A stretch of DNA of 25,426 nt from a virus. Taxonomy: Duplodnaviria; Caudoviricetes. A program made the position numbers and the translations under genes. Under the pieces are notes generated by a model. The model saw only the letters and a list, made by a program, of their open reading frames with translations. It did not search any database and was not told the origin of the DNA. How positions within the stretch are numbered: the first letter of the stretch is position 1; each line of letters opens with the position of its first letter. The DNA is taken from IMG/VR virus record IMGVR_UViG_3300020566_000012, positions 1 through 25,426 of that record, one strand, 5' to 3'. This document shows positions 17,601 to 24,833 of the stretch, piece after piece.

Positions 17601-20600
17601 ATTGATCGAGTCGGAAACCGTCTGCTGAAGAAGCGGGCCACATCCGGGCCGATGCCGTTCTTTACCGACACTCGTGCGATTGCAGAGGGTTATGCCCAAG
17701 GCAAGGAAGACACGAGCATTGAGAACATCGGATACGAGCAATGGTTCAAGTACAAGCCACGCGGACAGCGAGGCACTGTCACTCTTGACCAAGCGTGGTT
17801 CTATCTCACGCCAGAAGAACGCGCTACTGCCACCGAACGTTTGTATACGGTTGGATACGAAAATCCCGACGAAGGAACCGGGGAAATCGTTGGCAATACC
17901 AAAACCATTGCGTCACGCGACCATGTGCAATTCTTGATTCGTCAGGCCAAGGGAAACGCGCTGACTGCTGCAAAGGAACTCTGGCTCAACAGCGGAAGCC
18001 TGTTCAACGACGAACAGAAGTTCATGGATGTCCTGAAGGGCATGGGACTAGGAGAACGATTCGTTTACGACTCTCCTCATGCGGTCAATTCCGGAATCAT
18101 TGAGGCATACGCCAACATCACGAATCCGCTCGATACATCTGCAATTCCGACATCAGTAGTTGATGCGCTTCAGAAGCGCGCAAATCGCGTGCGAAAGCCA
18201 GCAGATGAATACGGGCAAGATGCGTGGGACAAGCGGACTCGTGATCCGCAATCTTGGATGGAAACGCTCCGCTCCGACATCGCTGAAGGCCGGACGCAGG
18301 CATGGACTTCAATCCCGGATTGGGCGACCGATGTTCTGACAAAGCTTGGATATGACGGCATCAAGGACAGTGGTGGCAAGTATGGCGGCGATCCGCATGT
18401 CGTATGGATTCCATTCAATCCGCAGCAGATCAAGTTTGCCAATCCAATCACAAAGGATGGTTCCGGGAAGATCATCCCGCTGTCAGAACGATTTGACCTG
18501 ACATCTCCGATGATGTTCCGTCAGGCGGCACCCGGCCCAGCCCGCGGCGGATTCGACCCGCGCACTCTGAACGTCCTTGTCGGCAAGGGTGGCGATGTAT
18601 CGACGCTCGCGCACGAACTGATCCACCTCCGTGTCGCCGAGTACCTACGCATGGCGCGTGGCACCACGCCGCCAGCGCGTGTGAACGCCGACCTCGAGAC
18701 GCTGTTCGACTTCATGGGCGTGGAGGGCGCGACGTTCCAGGAGCGTCTCGACAACTACGAGACGATGACCATCGACCAGCGCAGGCCGCTGGAGGAGAAG
18801 GTCACCTACAACTTCGAGGTGTATCTGTACGAGGGCAAAGCACCGAGCGTTGAGCTGCGCGGTGTGTTCGACCGCCTCGCCGCGTGGATGCGCCGCGTGT
18901 ACAAGTCGATCCGCGATGACCTGAACGCGATCTACCGCCGCGAGTTCGGCACCGACCTGCCGATCCTCACGTCCGAGGTCCGCGCCGTGTTCGACCGAAT
19001 GCTGGCGTCCGAGGAGGCGATCAAGCGCCAGGCGGCCATTAACGAGATGAAGCCGATGTTCCAGACGCAGGCCGAGAGCGGCATGTCTGACGCGGAGTGG
19101 GCTGCGTACCAGCAGATGCAGCAGGAGGCCATCGAGGCGTCGGTCATCGACATGAACGTCGCCAGCATGCGGCAGATGCAGTGGCTCGGGAACGCCCGCA
19201 GCCGCGTCCTGCGCGAGGTGCAGAAGAAGCACGACGCCAGGCGCAAGGAAGTCGCCGTCGAGATCGCCGCCGAGGTCAAGGTCGAGCCCGTCTACCGTGC
19301 GATGACCTACCTCCGCACCGGGAAGTTCGTGGACGCGGACGGGGCCGAGGTCGCCGTCGAGGGGCCGCACCGCCTCGACACCAAGCGCGTCAAGAAGCTC
19401 TACGAGTCGGTTCCGACCGTTGCCTCGCTCGAGGCCGTGCGTGCGACCGGGATGCCGATGCCGGCGGTGATCGCCCCGGACATCGCCAAGCTCGGGACGG
19501 GCAAGGGCGGCATGATGGGCCTAGACGGGCTCGACCCGGACCTGGTGGCCGAGACGTTCGGCTACTCGAGCGGCGACGAGATGATCCGCGCTTTGGTCGC
19601 GGCTCGGCCCATGAAGGAGATCGTGGCCGAGCGGACGGACGCCGAGATGCTCAGGCGCTTCGGGGACATGACGAGCCCGGAGTCCATCGAGGCCGAGGTG
19701 CAGGCTGCGCTCCACAACGAGGCCCGCGCCCGGTTCGTGGCCGTCGAGCTGCGCTACCTGTCCAAGGCGACCGAGCCGGCGCGGGTGATGGTCGATGCGG
19801 CCAAGCAGGTCGCCCGCGACCTGATCGCCGGCAAGCGTGTCCGGGACGTGCGCCCGAGCGACTTCGTGGCCGCCGAGGCCCGCGCCGCCCGTGACGCCTC
19901 CCGCATCGGGTCGCCCGTGGACGCCGTGGCCGTTGGCCGTGCCGCCTATACCCGGACCTACAACGAGCGGATCGCCGCGGGGGCCGACGAGCTGACCGCC
20001 GTGGCCGAGGCCACCACGGCCAGCGTGGAGGCCGCCAGGATGGCTCAGGAGCGCACGGAGGAGATCAAGGCGCGCTACGGGGCCGATCCGGAGCAGGCCC
20101 GCATACGGGCAAAGCGCGCCCAGCTCTACCAGAACCAGCTCGCCGCCGAGGCGCTGCGGGTCAAGGCCGAGGTGGACAAGCAGGTCAAGTACCTGCGCCG
20201 GGTGCTCAGGGACGAGAACGTCAAGCGCATGGGGGCGCAGGCGGCCGACCAGGTCGCCGGGCTCCTCGACCGCTTCGAGGTGGCCGCCGTCAGCCTGAAG
20301 CGCCTGGACGAGCGCAAGGCACTCACCGACTGGCTCGCCGAGCAGGAGGCCGCCGGGCTGGTGCCAGACATCGCACCGGAGATCGCCAACGAAGCTCGCC
20401 GCGTCAACTACCGCGAGATGAAGGTCAGCGAGTTCCGCGACCTGGTGGACGCGGTGAAGCAGATCGAGCACGTTGGCAAGAACGAGCGGAATATGCGTCT
20501 GGCCGAGGAGCGTGCCGCGTTTGAGGAAGTGCGCGATAACGCGGTCACGCGCATCCGTGCCTCTGGCAAGGTCCGCGGCCTGAGCCTCGACCCGCGCACG

Positions 20601-22565
20601 CCCCTGACCGGGATCGGCCGCGCCGCCGCGTTCCTGCGCGGGTTCGCCGCCCAGCACCTGAAGGCAGCGTCCATCGTTCGCGTCCTCGACGGCGGCAAGG
20701 AAGACGGACCGCTTTGGAACGCCATCATCCGCACGGCGAATGAAGCGGCTGACTTTGAGACGCGACGGCGTGCTGAATCATCGTTGAAGTTTGGCGAGAT
20801 CCTGAAGCCCGTGTTTGCGCTCGGCGGAATGGGCGGCAAGGGGATGTACTTCCCGTCCATCGGGCGCAGCCTGAACCGGGAGGCCCGAATCGCCATCGCC
20901 TCAAATATGGGAAACGACGGCAACCGCCAGCGCCTGCTTGACGGCGAGGGCTGGACGCTTGAGCAGGTCCAACCTGTGCTTGAGAGCCTGACCGAATCCG
21001 ATTGGCTGGCCGTGCAGCAGATGTGGGATTTCATCGATAGTTACCGCCCGGAGATCGCCGCCAAGGAGCGCAGGCTCTATGGCAAGGAACCTGAGTGGGT
21101 CAAACCCGTCCCGTTCACCGTCCGCACGGTCGACGGCAAGGATGTCAGCCTCCAGGGCGGCTACTACCCGATCAAGTACGACCCGGTGGCCTCCGACCGG
21201 GTGGCTACCGTGGACGCCGCCGAAGAGGCCAAGCGCGACCTGCAAGGCGCGTATACGGCGGCCACCACGCGTCGGTCGTTCGTCAAGGCACGCGCCAAGG
21301 AGGTCGTGGACAGGCCGATCCTGTACACGCTCGATGCCGCCTTCAGCGGGGTGAACGACGTAATCCACGACCTGGCGTGGCACGAGTGGCTCATCTCGAC
21401 GAACCGCCTGCTGCGGGACGTCAAGTTCGCAAACGCCGTGCGCGAGACTCGCGGGCCTGAGTTCCTGAAGAACCTGCGCGACTGGACGAAGGACAATGCG
21501 ACCGGGGGCCGCGGTCAGCAGGTTGCCGGAGAGGCGGCTGTTTCATGGATCAGGCAGGGAATTAGTGCATCGCGGCTTGGATTCAACATCAACAGCGCGG
21601 CACTCCAGATCCTCGGCTTCAACCAGAGCATCGTGCGTGTCGGCGCGAAGTACATCGGTCAGGGCATCACGCAATTCGTGACCAGCCCATTTGACTCGGC
21701 AAAGATGGTGGCCGAGAAAAGCCAGTTCATGGCTGAGCGTGGCCGCACGCAGTTCCGCGAGATCAACGAGATCAAGAACCGTGTACGCGGACAGACAGAG
21801 ATTTCGCGGCGGGTGTTCGCCGGCACCTACTTCCTGATGATGAACATGCAGCGGTCGGTGGACATCCCGACCTGGCTCGGCGCCTACCAGAAGGCGCTCG
21901 ACGCCGGGAAGGACGATGCTGTTGCCGTATCCATCGCCGACCAGTCGGTGCGTGATGCTCAGGGCAGTGGCCTCGTTTCTGATCTTTCGGCTGTTGAGCG
22001 CGGAGGCCCATATACGAAGTTGTTCACGGTGTTCTATTCGTACATGAACACGGTTTACAACATGGCCGCGGTGCAGACGATGACCGCACGCAGCAAGGGC
22101 AAGCTAGCCGCCGATTACGCGATGCTGTTCGTGGTCCCGGTCGTATTTGGCTATGCGCTCAAGAGCCTGCTTCAGCCGAACACGGATGACGAGGAATTCG
22201 ATCCCGAGGCGCTGGCACGCAAGCTCGCCGCCGAGGAGCTGTCGTACATGATGGGCACGATGGTGATCGCCCGCGAGTTTGGCGGTGCAGCGCAGCTCCT
22301 GACGGGCGCGGAGGGCGTGCGGATGGGTTACGGTGGCCCCGCTGGCTTGGCGGCAATTGGAGACGTGTACACCCTATCCGCTCAGGCTGGGCAACTTGAG
22401 TTCGACCGCGCCTTCCGCCGTGCGGCGGTCAACACGCTCGGTGCGTTCACCGGGCTGCCGGCGGCGCAGATCAACCGCACCATCGACGGTATCGAGGCGG
22501 TGGTCGAGGGCGAGGTCGAGGGCGTCGGCGCGGTGGTCGCGCCGCTCACCGGAGTGCAGCGTTAG
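14664..22565 (+). CDS. Giant internal virion/ejection polyvalent protein (2633 aa) with GNAT, ART-like and HExxH metallopeptidase domains
   Basis: Position as the last core protein before the tail fibre. It has Gly-zipper hydrophobic segments, a GNAT motif set (RGEGRA, WYKRLGF), an ART-like motif set (YHGS, FFT, GYDGI, FNPQQIK), HELIH, and C-terminal GGYYPIKYD. Confidence 0.85.
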   Translation: MIEPDINERMARFSPSQVQDDVDPIASEIASRAAVPTSQPTMAMPDVDPIARQIAENDRESLDAAVLGARAVNPDEAARAIQVGRKVGIPAEVARADMQRAEQQAYLTDLRSKDFLRTDPVMANFLANKEFAEVAHDDVGVLDAIRPIMQDWAMVYWTGATPGMRRGFERGQLGAERGEIGGMAMAGLAQPKDFERASKIRDRMRELVDVGFLGATTEVIAQNLAQIRGIGTFTVGGAALGSVVPVVGTVAGGALGATAGVVATTGQMEAGNLYLDLREEGVEDDVAIPVSVAGGFLNGVIEVVGMKIAAKPFQALAKRFMAEAVAKAVAQPTTRAALAAAGKGYILQVGTGASEEALQEVVIIAGEEIAKAASGIDSETGLRQATERVVDAFVQGAMGSAILGGIGPGANLYVDLNRAANTERQQVFFEKLATASKESRLAKRSPEAYERFLEAQAKDGPAETIYVDGRMAQELFAQSGLTAAQLEEVLPGIKAQVDEAVATGGDVTIQTAQFGARLANTELGNALLPHMRLSPDAMSATEAQAFEAERQAVVEEARTILAAKQEADAAFVAEAQQVEDEAFEQVRAVGQFTDIEARTIAKLRQAMVVVDAAEAGMTPAQYQRERGVPLQVRGEGMAAPMAQAARITLADVKRSFAEIGVEQRLTETDTTIRPGIIRVPADLRGEGRATRAMQSLIAYADQAGKRIDISPTGEFGANKKRLVAWYKRLGFVENKGSNKDFAISATMYRLPSAPMLRQAATLDADYLAAVERGDMATAQRMVDEAARAANQQRVTRFTVGNRGLLNNQVLNYDKLSDDEMAEVEVLLPLGLQQPRDVPANATFFFTDEGLIRQNRLIELLKKAAKGRVIETTAYVPNDPVWTSNDGQVAVVPEQIKSANPVTYDEQGNIVPLSRRFDITSPKLFEQAATLNADYFTAIERGDTETVQSMIDEAAERQMPSSQVRDAAGKLLRIYHGSQRIDRVGNRLLKKRATSGPMPFFTDTRAIAEGYAQGKEDTSIENIGYEQWFKYKPRGQRGTVTLDQAWFYLTPEERATATERLYTVGYENPDEGTGEIVGNTKTIASRDHVQFLIRQAKGNALTAAKELWLNSGSLFNDEQKFMDVLKGMGLGERFVYDSPHAVNSGIIEAYANITNPLDTSAIPTSVVDALQKRANRVRKPADEYGQDAWDKRTRDPQSWMETLRSDIAEGRTQAWTSIPDWATDVLTKLGYDGIKDSGGKYGGDPHVVWIPFNPQQIKFANPITKDGSGKIIPLSERFDLTSPMMFRQAAPGPARGGFDPRTLNVLVGKGGDVSTLAHELIHLRVAEYLRMARGTTPPARVNADLETLFDFMGVEGATFQERLDNYETMTIDQRRPLEEKVTYNFEVYLYEGKAPSVELRGVFDRLAAWMRRVYKSIRDDLNAIYRREFGTDLPILTSEVRAVFDRMLASEEAIKRQAAINEMKPMFQTQAESGMSDAEWAAYQQMQQEAIEASVIDMNVASMRQMQWLGNARSRVLREVQKKHDARRKEVAVEIAAEVKVEPVYRAMTYLRTGKFVDADGAEVAVEGPHRLDTKRVKKLYESVPTVASLEAVRATGMPMPAVIAPDIAKLGTGKGGMMGLDGLDPDLVAETFGYSSGDEMIRALVAARPMKEIVAERTDAEMLRRFGDMTSPESIEAEVQAALHNEARARFVAVELRYLSKATEPARVMVDAAKQVARDLIAGKRVRDVRPSDFVAAEARAARDASRIGSPVDAVAVGRAAYTRTYNERIAAGADELTAVAEATTASVEAARMAQERTEEIKARYGADPEQARIRAKRAQLYQNQLAAEALRVKAEVDKQVKYLRRVLRDENVKRMGAQAADQVAGLLDRFEVAAVSLKRLDERKALTDWLAEQEAAGLVPDIAPEIANEARRVNYREMKVSEFRDLVDAVKQIEHVGKNERNMRLAEERAAFEEVRDNAVTRIRASGKVRGLSLDPRTPLTGIGRAAAFLRGFAAQHLKAASIVRVLDGGKEDGPLWNAIIRTANEAADFETRRRAESSLKFGEILKPVFALGGMGGKGMYFPSIGRSLNREARIAIASNMGNDGNRQRLLDGEGWTLEQVQPVLESLTESDWLAVQQMWDFIDSYRPEIAAKERRLYGKEPEWVKPVPFTVRTVDGKDVSLQGGYYPIKYDPVASDRVATVDAAEEAKRDLQGAYTAATTRRSFVKARAKEVVDRPILYTLDAAFSGVNDVIHDLAWHEWLISTNRLLRDVKFANAVRETRGPEFLKNLRDWTKDNATGGRGQQVAGEAAVSWIRQGISASRLGFNINSAALQILGFNQSIVRVGAKYIGQGITQFVTSPFDSAKMVAEKSQFMAERGRTQFREINEIKNRVRGQTEISRRVFAGTYFLMMNMQRSVDIPTWLGAYQKALDAGKDDAVAVSIADQSVRDAQGSGLVSDLSAVERGGPYTKLFTVFYSYMNTVYNMAAVQTMTARSKGKLAADYAMLFVVPVVFGYALKSLLQPNTDDEEFDPEALARKLAAEELSYMMGTMVIAREFGGAAQLLTGAEGVRMGYGGPAGLAAIGDVYTLSAQAGQLEFDRAFRRAAVNTLGAFTGLPAAQINRTIDGIEAVVEGEVEGVGAVVAPLTGVQR
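16576..18530 (+). repeat. Duplicated cassette flanks and junction repeats inside the giant ORF
   Basis: CTGCGCCGATG at 16576 and 16918. QAATL(D/N)ADY..A(V/I)ERGD....Q.M(V/I)DEAA at about 16935-17021 and 17439-17525. (E/Q)QIK.ANP(V/I)T.D..G.I(V/I)PLS.RFD(I/L)TSP...(E/R)QAA at 17340-17447 and 18423-18530. Confidence 0.9.
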
Positions 22566-22596
22566 TACCCGTAACCGTACCCGTGATTCATAGGCT
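22564..22596 (+). promoter_or_regulatory. Putative late promoter copy 3: AGTACCCGTAA-N16-TAGGCT, with a second GTACCCGTGA in the spacer
   Basis: Same 11-mer and spacing as the other copies, located upstream of the tail fibre gene. Confidence 0.7.
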
Positions 22597-22617
22597 GAAC
22601 CAAGAGGCGATGCATCC

Positions 22618-24831
22618 ATGACCATCAGCAGCACGACGAGAATCGCCGGCCCGTTCATCGGTAACGGGACCGCCTCTGTTCTGCCCTTCACTTTTAAAGT
22701 TTTCTCGGCCGCCGACCTCGACGTCGTGCGCCTGAATTCCTCCACGGGCGTGGAAACCACGCTCGTTCTCACGACCGACTACACGGTCACGCTGAACATC
22801 GACCAGGACTCGAACCCGGGCGGGACGGTCACGCTCGTCGCCGGGCCGCTGGCGACCGGGTTCACGCTGACGATCACCTCGGACATCGCCAACCTCCAGC
22901 CGACCGACCTGACCAACCAGGGCGGCTTCTACCCGGAGGTCATCACGGACTCGTTCGACCGGGCGACCATCCAGATCCAGCAGATGGCCGGGGAAGTGTC
23001 GCGTTCGATCAAGGCGCCCATCTCGGACGGCAGCCCGGACATGGAGCTCCCGGCCGCCTCGGTGCGCGCCAACACGTTCCTGGCCTTCGACGCCAATGGC
23101 GTCCCGACCGTGCAGGCCGCGAGTTCGAGCGCGGCTCCGACCTCGATTACCCGCCAGGTCTTCAGCGGCACGGGGTCGCAGACGGTGTTCACGCTGGCGA
23201 GCGATCCGGGCGGTGCCGGAAATTCGGCGCAGGTCTTCATCGGCGGCGTGTACCAGCAGCGCAACACGTACACCATCGCCGGAACCACGCTCACGTTCAA
23301 CCAAGCGCCCGTGGCCGGGACGAACAACATTGAGTTCGTGAACTTCCTGATCGGCAGCGGCTCGAACGGCGTCGGCATCGTGACGCTGACCGGGGACGTG
23401 ACCGGGTCCGGGACGGGCACGGTGCCTGCGACCGTGGCGGCGAACGCCGTCACCTTCGCCAAGATGCAGCAGATCGCGACCGACCGCCTTCTCGGCCGCG
23501 ACAGCCTGCTGACGGGCGACGTCGAGCAGCTCACGGTCGGCGGCGGCGTGGAGTTCACCGGGTCGGGCGGCATCCAGACGAGCGCCTTCACGGGCGACGT
23601 CACGAAGGCCGCAGGCGGCACGGCGACCACCATCGCGAACAGCGCCGTCACGATGGCGAAGATCAGCGCCACCGGCACCCCGTCGGCGAGCACGTTCCTG
23701 CGCGGCGACGGTTCGTGGCAGGCGGTGCCTGCGCTGACGGACGGCGACAAGGGTGACATCACCGTCAGCGGCTCTGGCGCCACCTGGACCATCGACAACA
23801 GTGTGGTGACGGTCGCCAAGATCAGCGCGACCGGGACGCCAGGCAGCGGCAACTTCCTTCGCGGCGACGGTTCGTGGTCCACGGCCACGGCAAGCGTTGC
23901 CGATGGCGACAAGGGTGACATCACGGTTTCCTCGAGCGGCAGCGTCTGGACCATCGACAACGATGTCGTGACCTACGCCAAGATGCAGAACGTGTCCGCT
24001 ACGGACAGGCTGCTCGGGCGCGACACGGCCGGCGCAGGCGACGTCGAGGAGCTGACCGTTGGCGGAGGGATCGAATTCACCGGAAGCGGAGGTATTCAGA
24101 CTTCGGCGTTCACCGGGAACGTCACCAAGTCTGCGGGCGGCACCAGCACGACCATCGCCAACGGCGTGGTGGCACCTGCCATGCTCACGACCGGCGGGCC
24201 ATCCTGGACTTCCGGCGGCGACGTGACCGTGACCGGGGACATCACCGTCACCGGGAACGACATCAAGTCAAGCAGCGCGACCGCCATCACGCTTTCGAGC
24301 ACGGACGTTGCCATCGCAGGTGACCTGACGGTCACGGGCAACGACATCAAGTCCAGCACGGCTACGGCGCTGACGCTCTCAGGCGCGGACGTCACGGTGG
24401 CGGGCGACCTGACCGTGACAGGCAACGACATCAAGTCGAGCTCCGCGACTGCGATGAGCATGTCCGGCGCGGACGTGTCGATGCAGGGCAACACGTCGTT
24501 CAAGAACTACACCGAGGGCGTGGTCGCCATCGGAACGGTCGGCGCGAGCCACACGTTCGACCTGGCGAACGGCACGGTGCAGACGGCCACGCTGACCTCC
24601 GGCACGGCGGCGACGTTCACGATGCCGACCGCCACGGCAGGCAAGTCCTTCGTGGTGCTCCTGAAGCAGCCTGCGTCAGGAAGCACGACCACGGCGACGT
24701 TCACGGGCGTGAAGTGGTCCGGCGGCACGGCCCCGACGATCACTGCCACGCTCGGTCGCCTGGACGTCATCTCGTTCTTTGCGGACGGGACGAACTGGTA
24801 CGGATCGTTCATCCAAAACTTCACGCCCTGA
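22618..24831 (+). CDS. Tail fibre protein with a T7 gp17-like N-terminal attachment domain
   Basis: N-terminal GNGT....PFTFKVF...DL.V...LTTDYTV...GGTVTL...FYPEVI...FDR..IQIQQ, a Thr/Gly/Ser-rich repeated shaft, and a C-terminal VKWSGGTAPT.T....DVISFF.DGTNWYG domain. Confidence 0.88.
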   Translation: MTISSTTRIAGPFIGNGTASVLPFTFKVFSAADLDVVRLNSSTGVETTLVLTTDYTVTLNIDQDSNPGGTVTLVAGPLATGFTLTITSDIANLQPTDLTNQGGFYPEVITDSFDRATIQIQQMAGEVSRSIKAPISDGSPDMELPAASVRANTFLAFDANGVPTVQAASSSAAPTSITRQVFSGTGSQTVFTLASDPGGAGNSAQVFIGGVYQQRNTYTIAGTTLTFNQAPVAGTNNIEFVNFLIGSGSNGVGIVTLTGDVTGSGTGTVPATVAANAVTFAKMQQIATDRLLGRDSLLTGDVEQLTVGGGVEFTGSGGIQTSAFTGDVTKAAGGTATTIANSAVTMAKISATGTPSASTFLRGDGSWQAVPALTDGDKGDITVSGSGATWTIDNSVVTVAKISATGTPGSGNFLRGDGSWSTATASVADGDKGDITVSSSGSVWTIDNDVVTYAKMQNVSATDRLLGRDTAGAGDVEELTVGGGIEFTGSGGIQTSAFTGNVTKSAGGTSTTIANGVVAPAMLTTGGPSWTSGGDVTVTGDITVTGNDIKSSSATAITLSSTDVAIAGDLTVTGNDIKSSTATALTLSGADVTVAGDLTVTGNDIKSSSATAMSMSGADVSMQGNTSFKNYTEGVVAIGTVGASHTFDLANGTVQTATLTSGTAATFTMPTATAGKSFVVLLKQPASGSTTTATFTGVKWSGGTAPTITATLGRLDVISFFADGTNWYGSFIQNFTP
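23449..24486 (+). repeat. Tail fibre internal repeats arranged A-B-B-A, then C x3
   Basis: A (about 66 aa) at 23449 and 23968, B (53-54 aa) at 23647 and 23806, and C (28 aa / 84 nt) at 24235, 24319 and 24403. Confidence 0.9.
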
Positions 24832-24833
24832 CC

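Noticed and set aside
16572-18530. Intein or intron as the explanation for the AT-rich insert in the giant ORF
   Set aside because: There is no Cys/Ser-start and His-Asn-end splice motif pair and no LAGLIDADG motif. The frame is continuous and the insert encodes GNAT and ART-like domains.
1638-22574. AGTACCCGTAA copies as CRISPR repeats, att sites or transposon ends
   Set aside because: The copies are only 11 nt, kilobases apart and all in the same orientation, with no integrase or transposase nearby. The fixed spacing to a TANNNT hexamer fits a promoter better.
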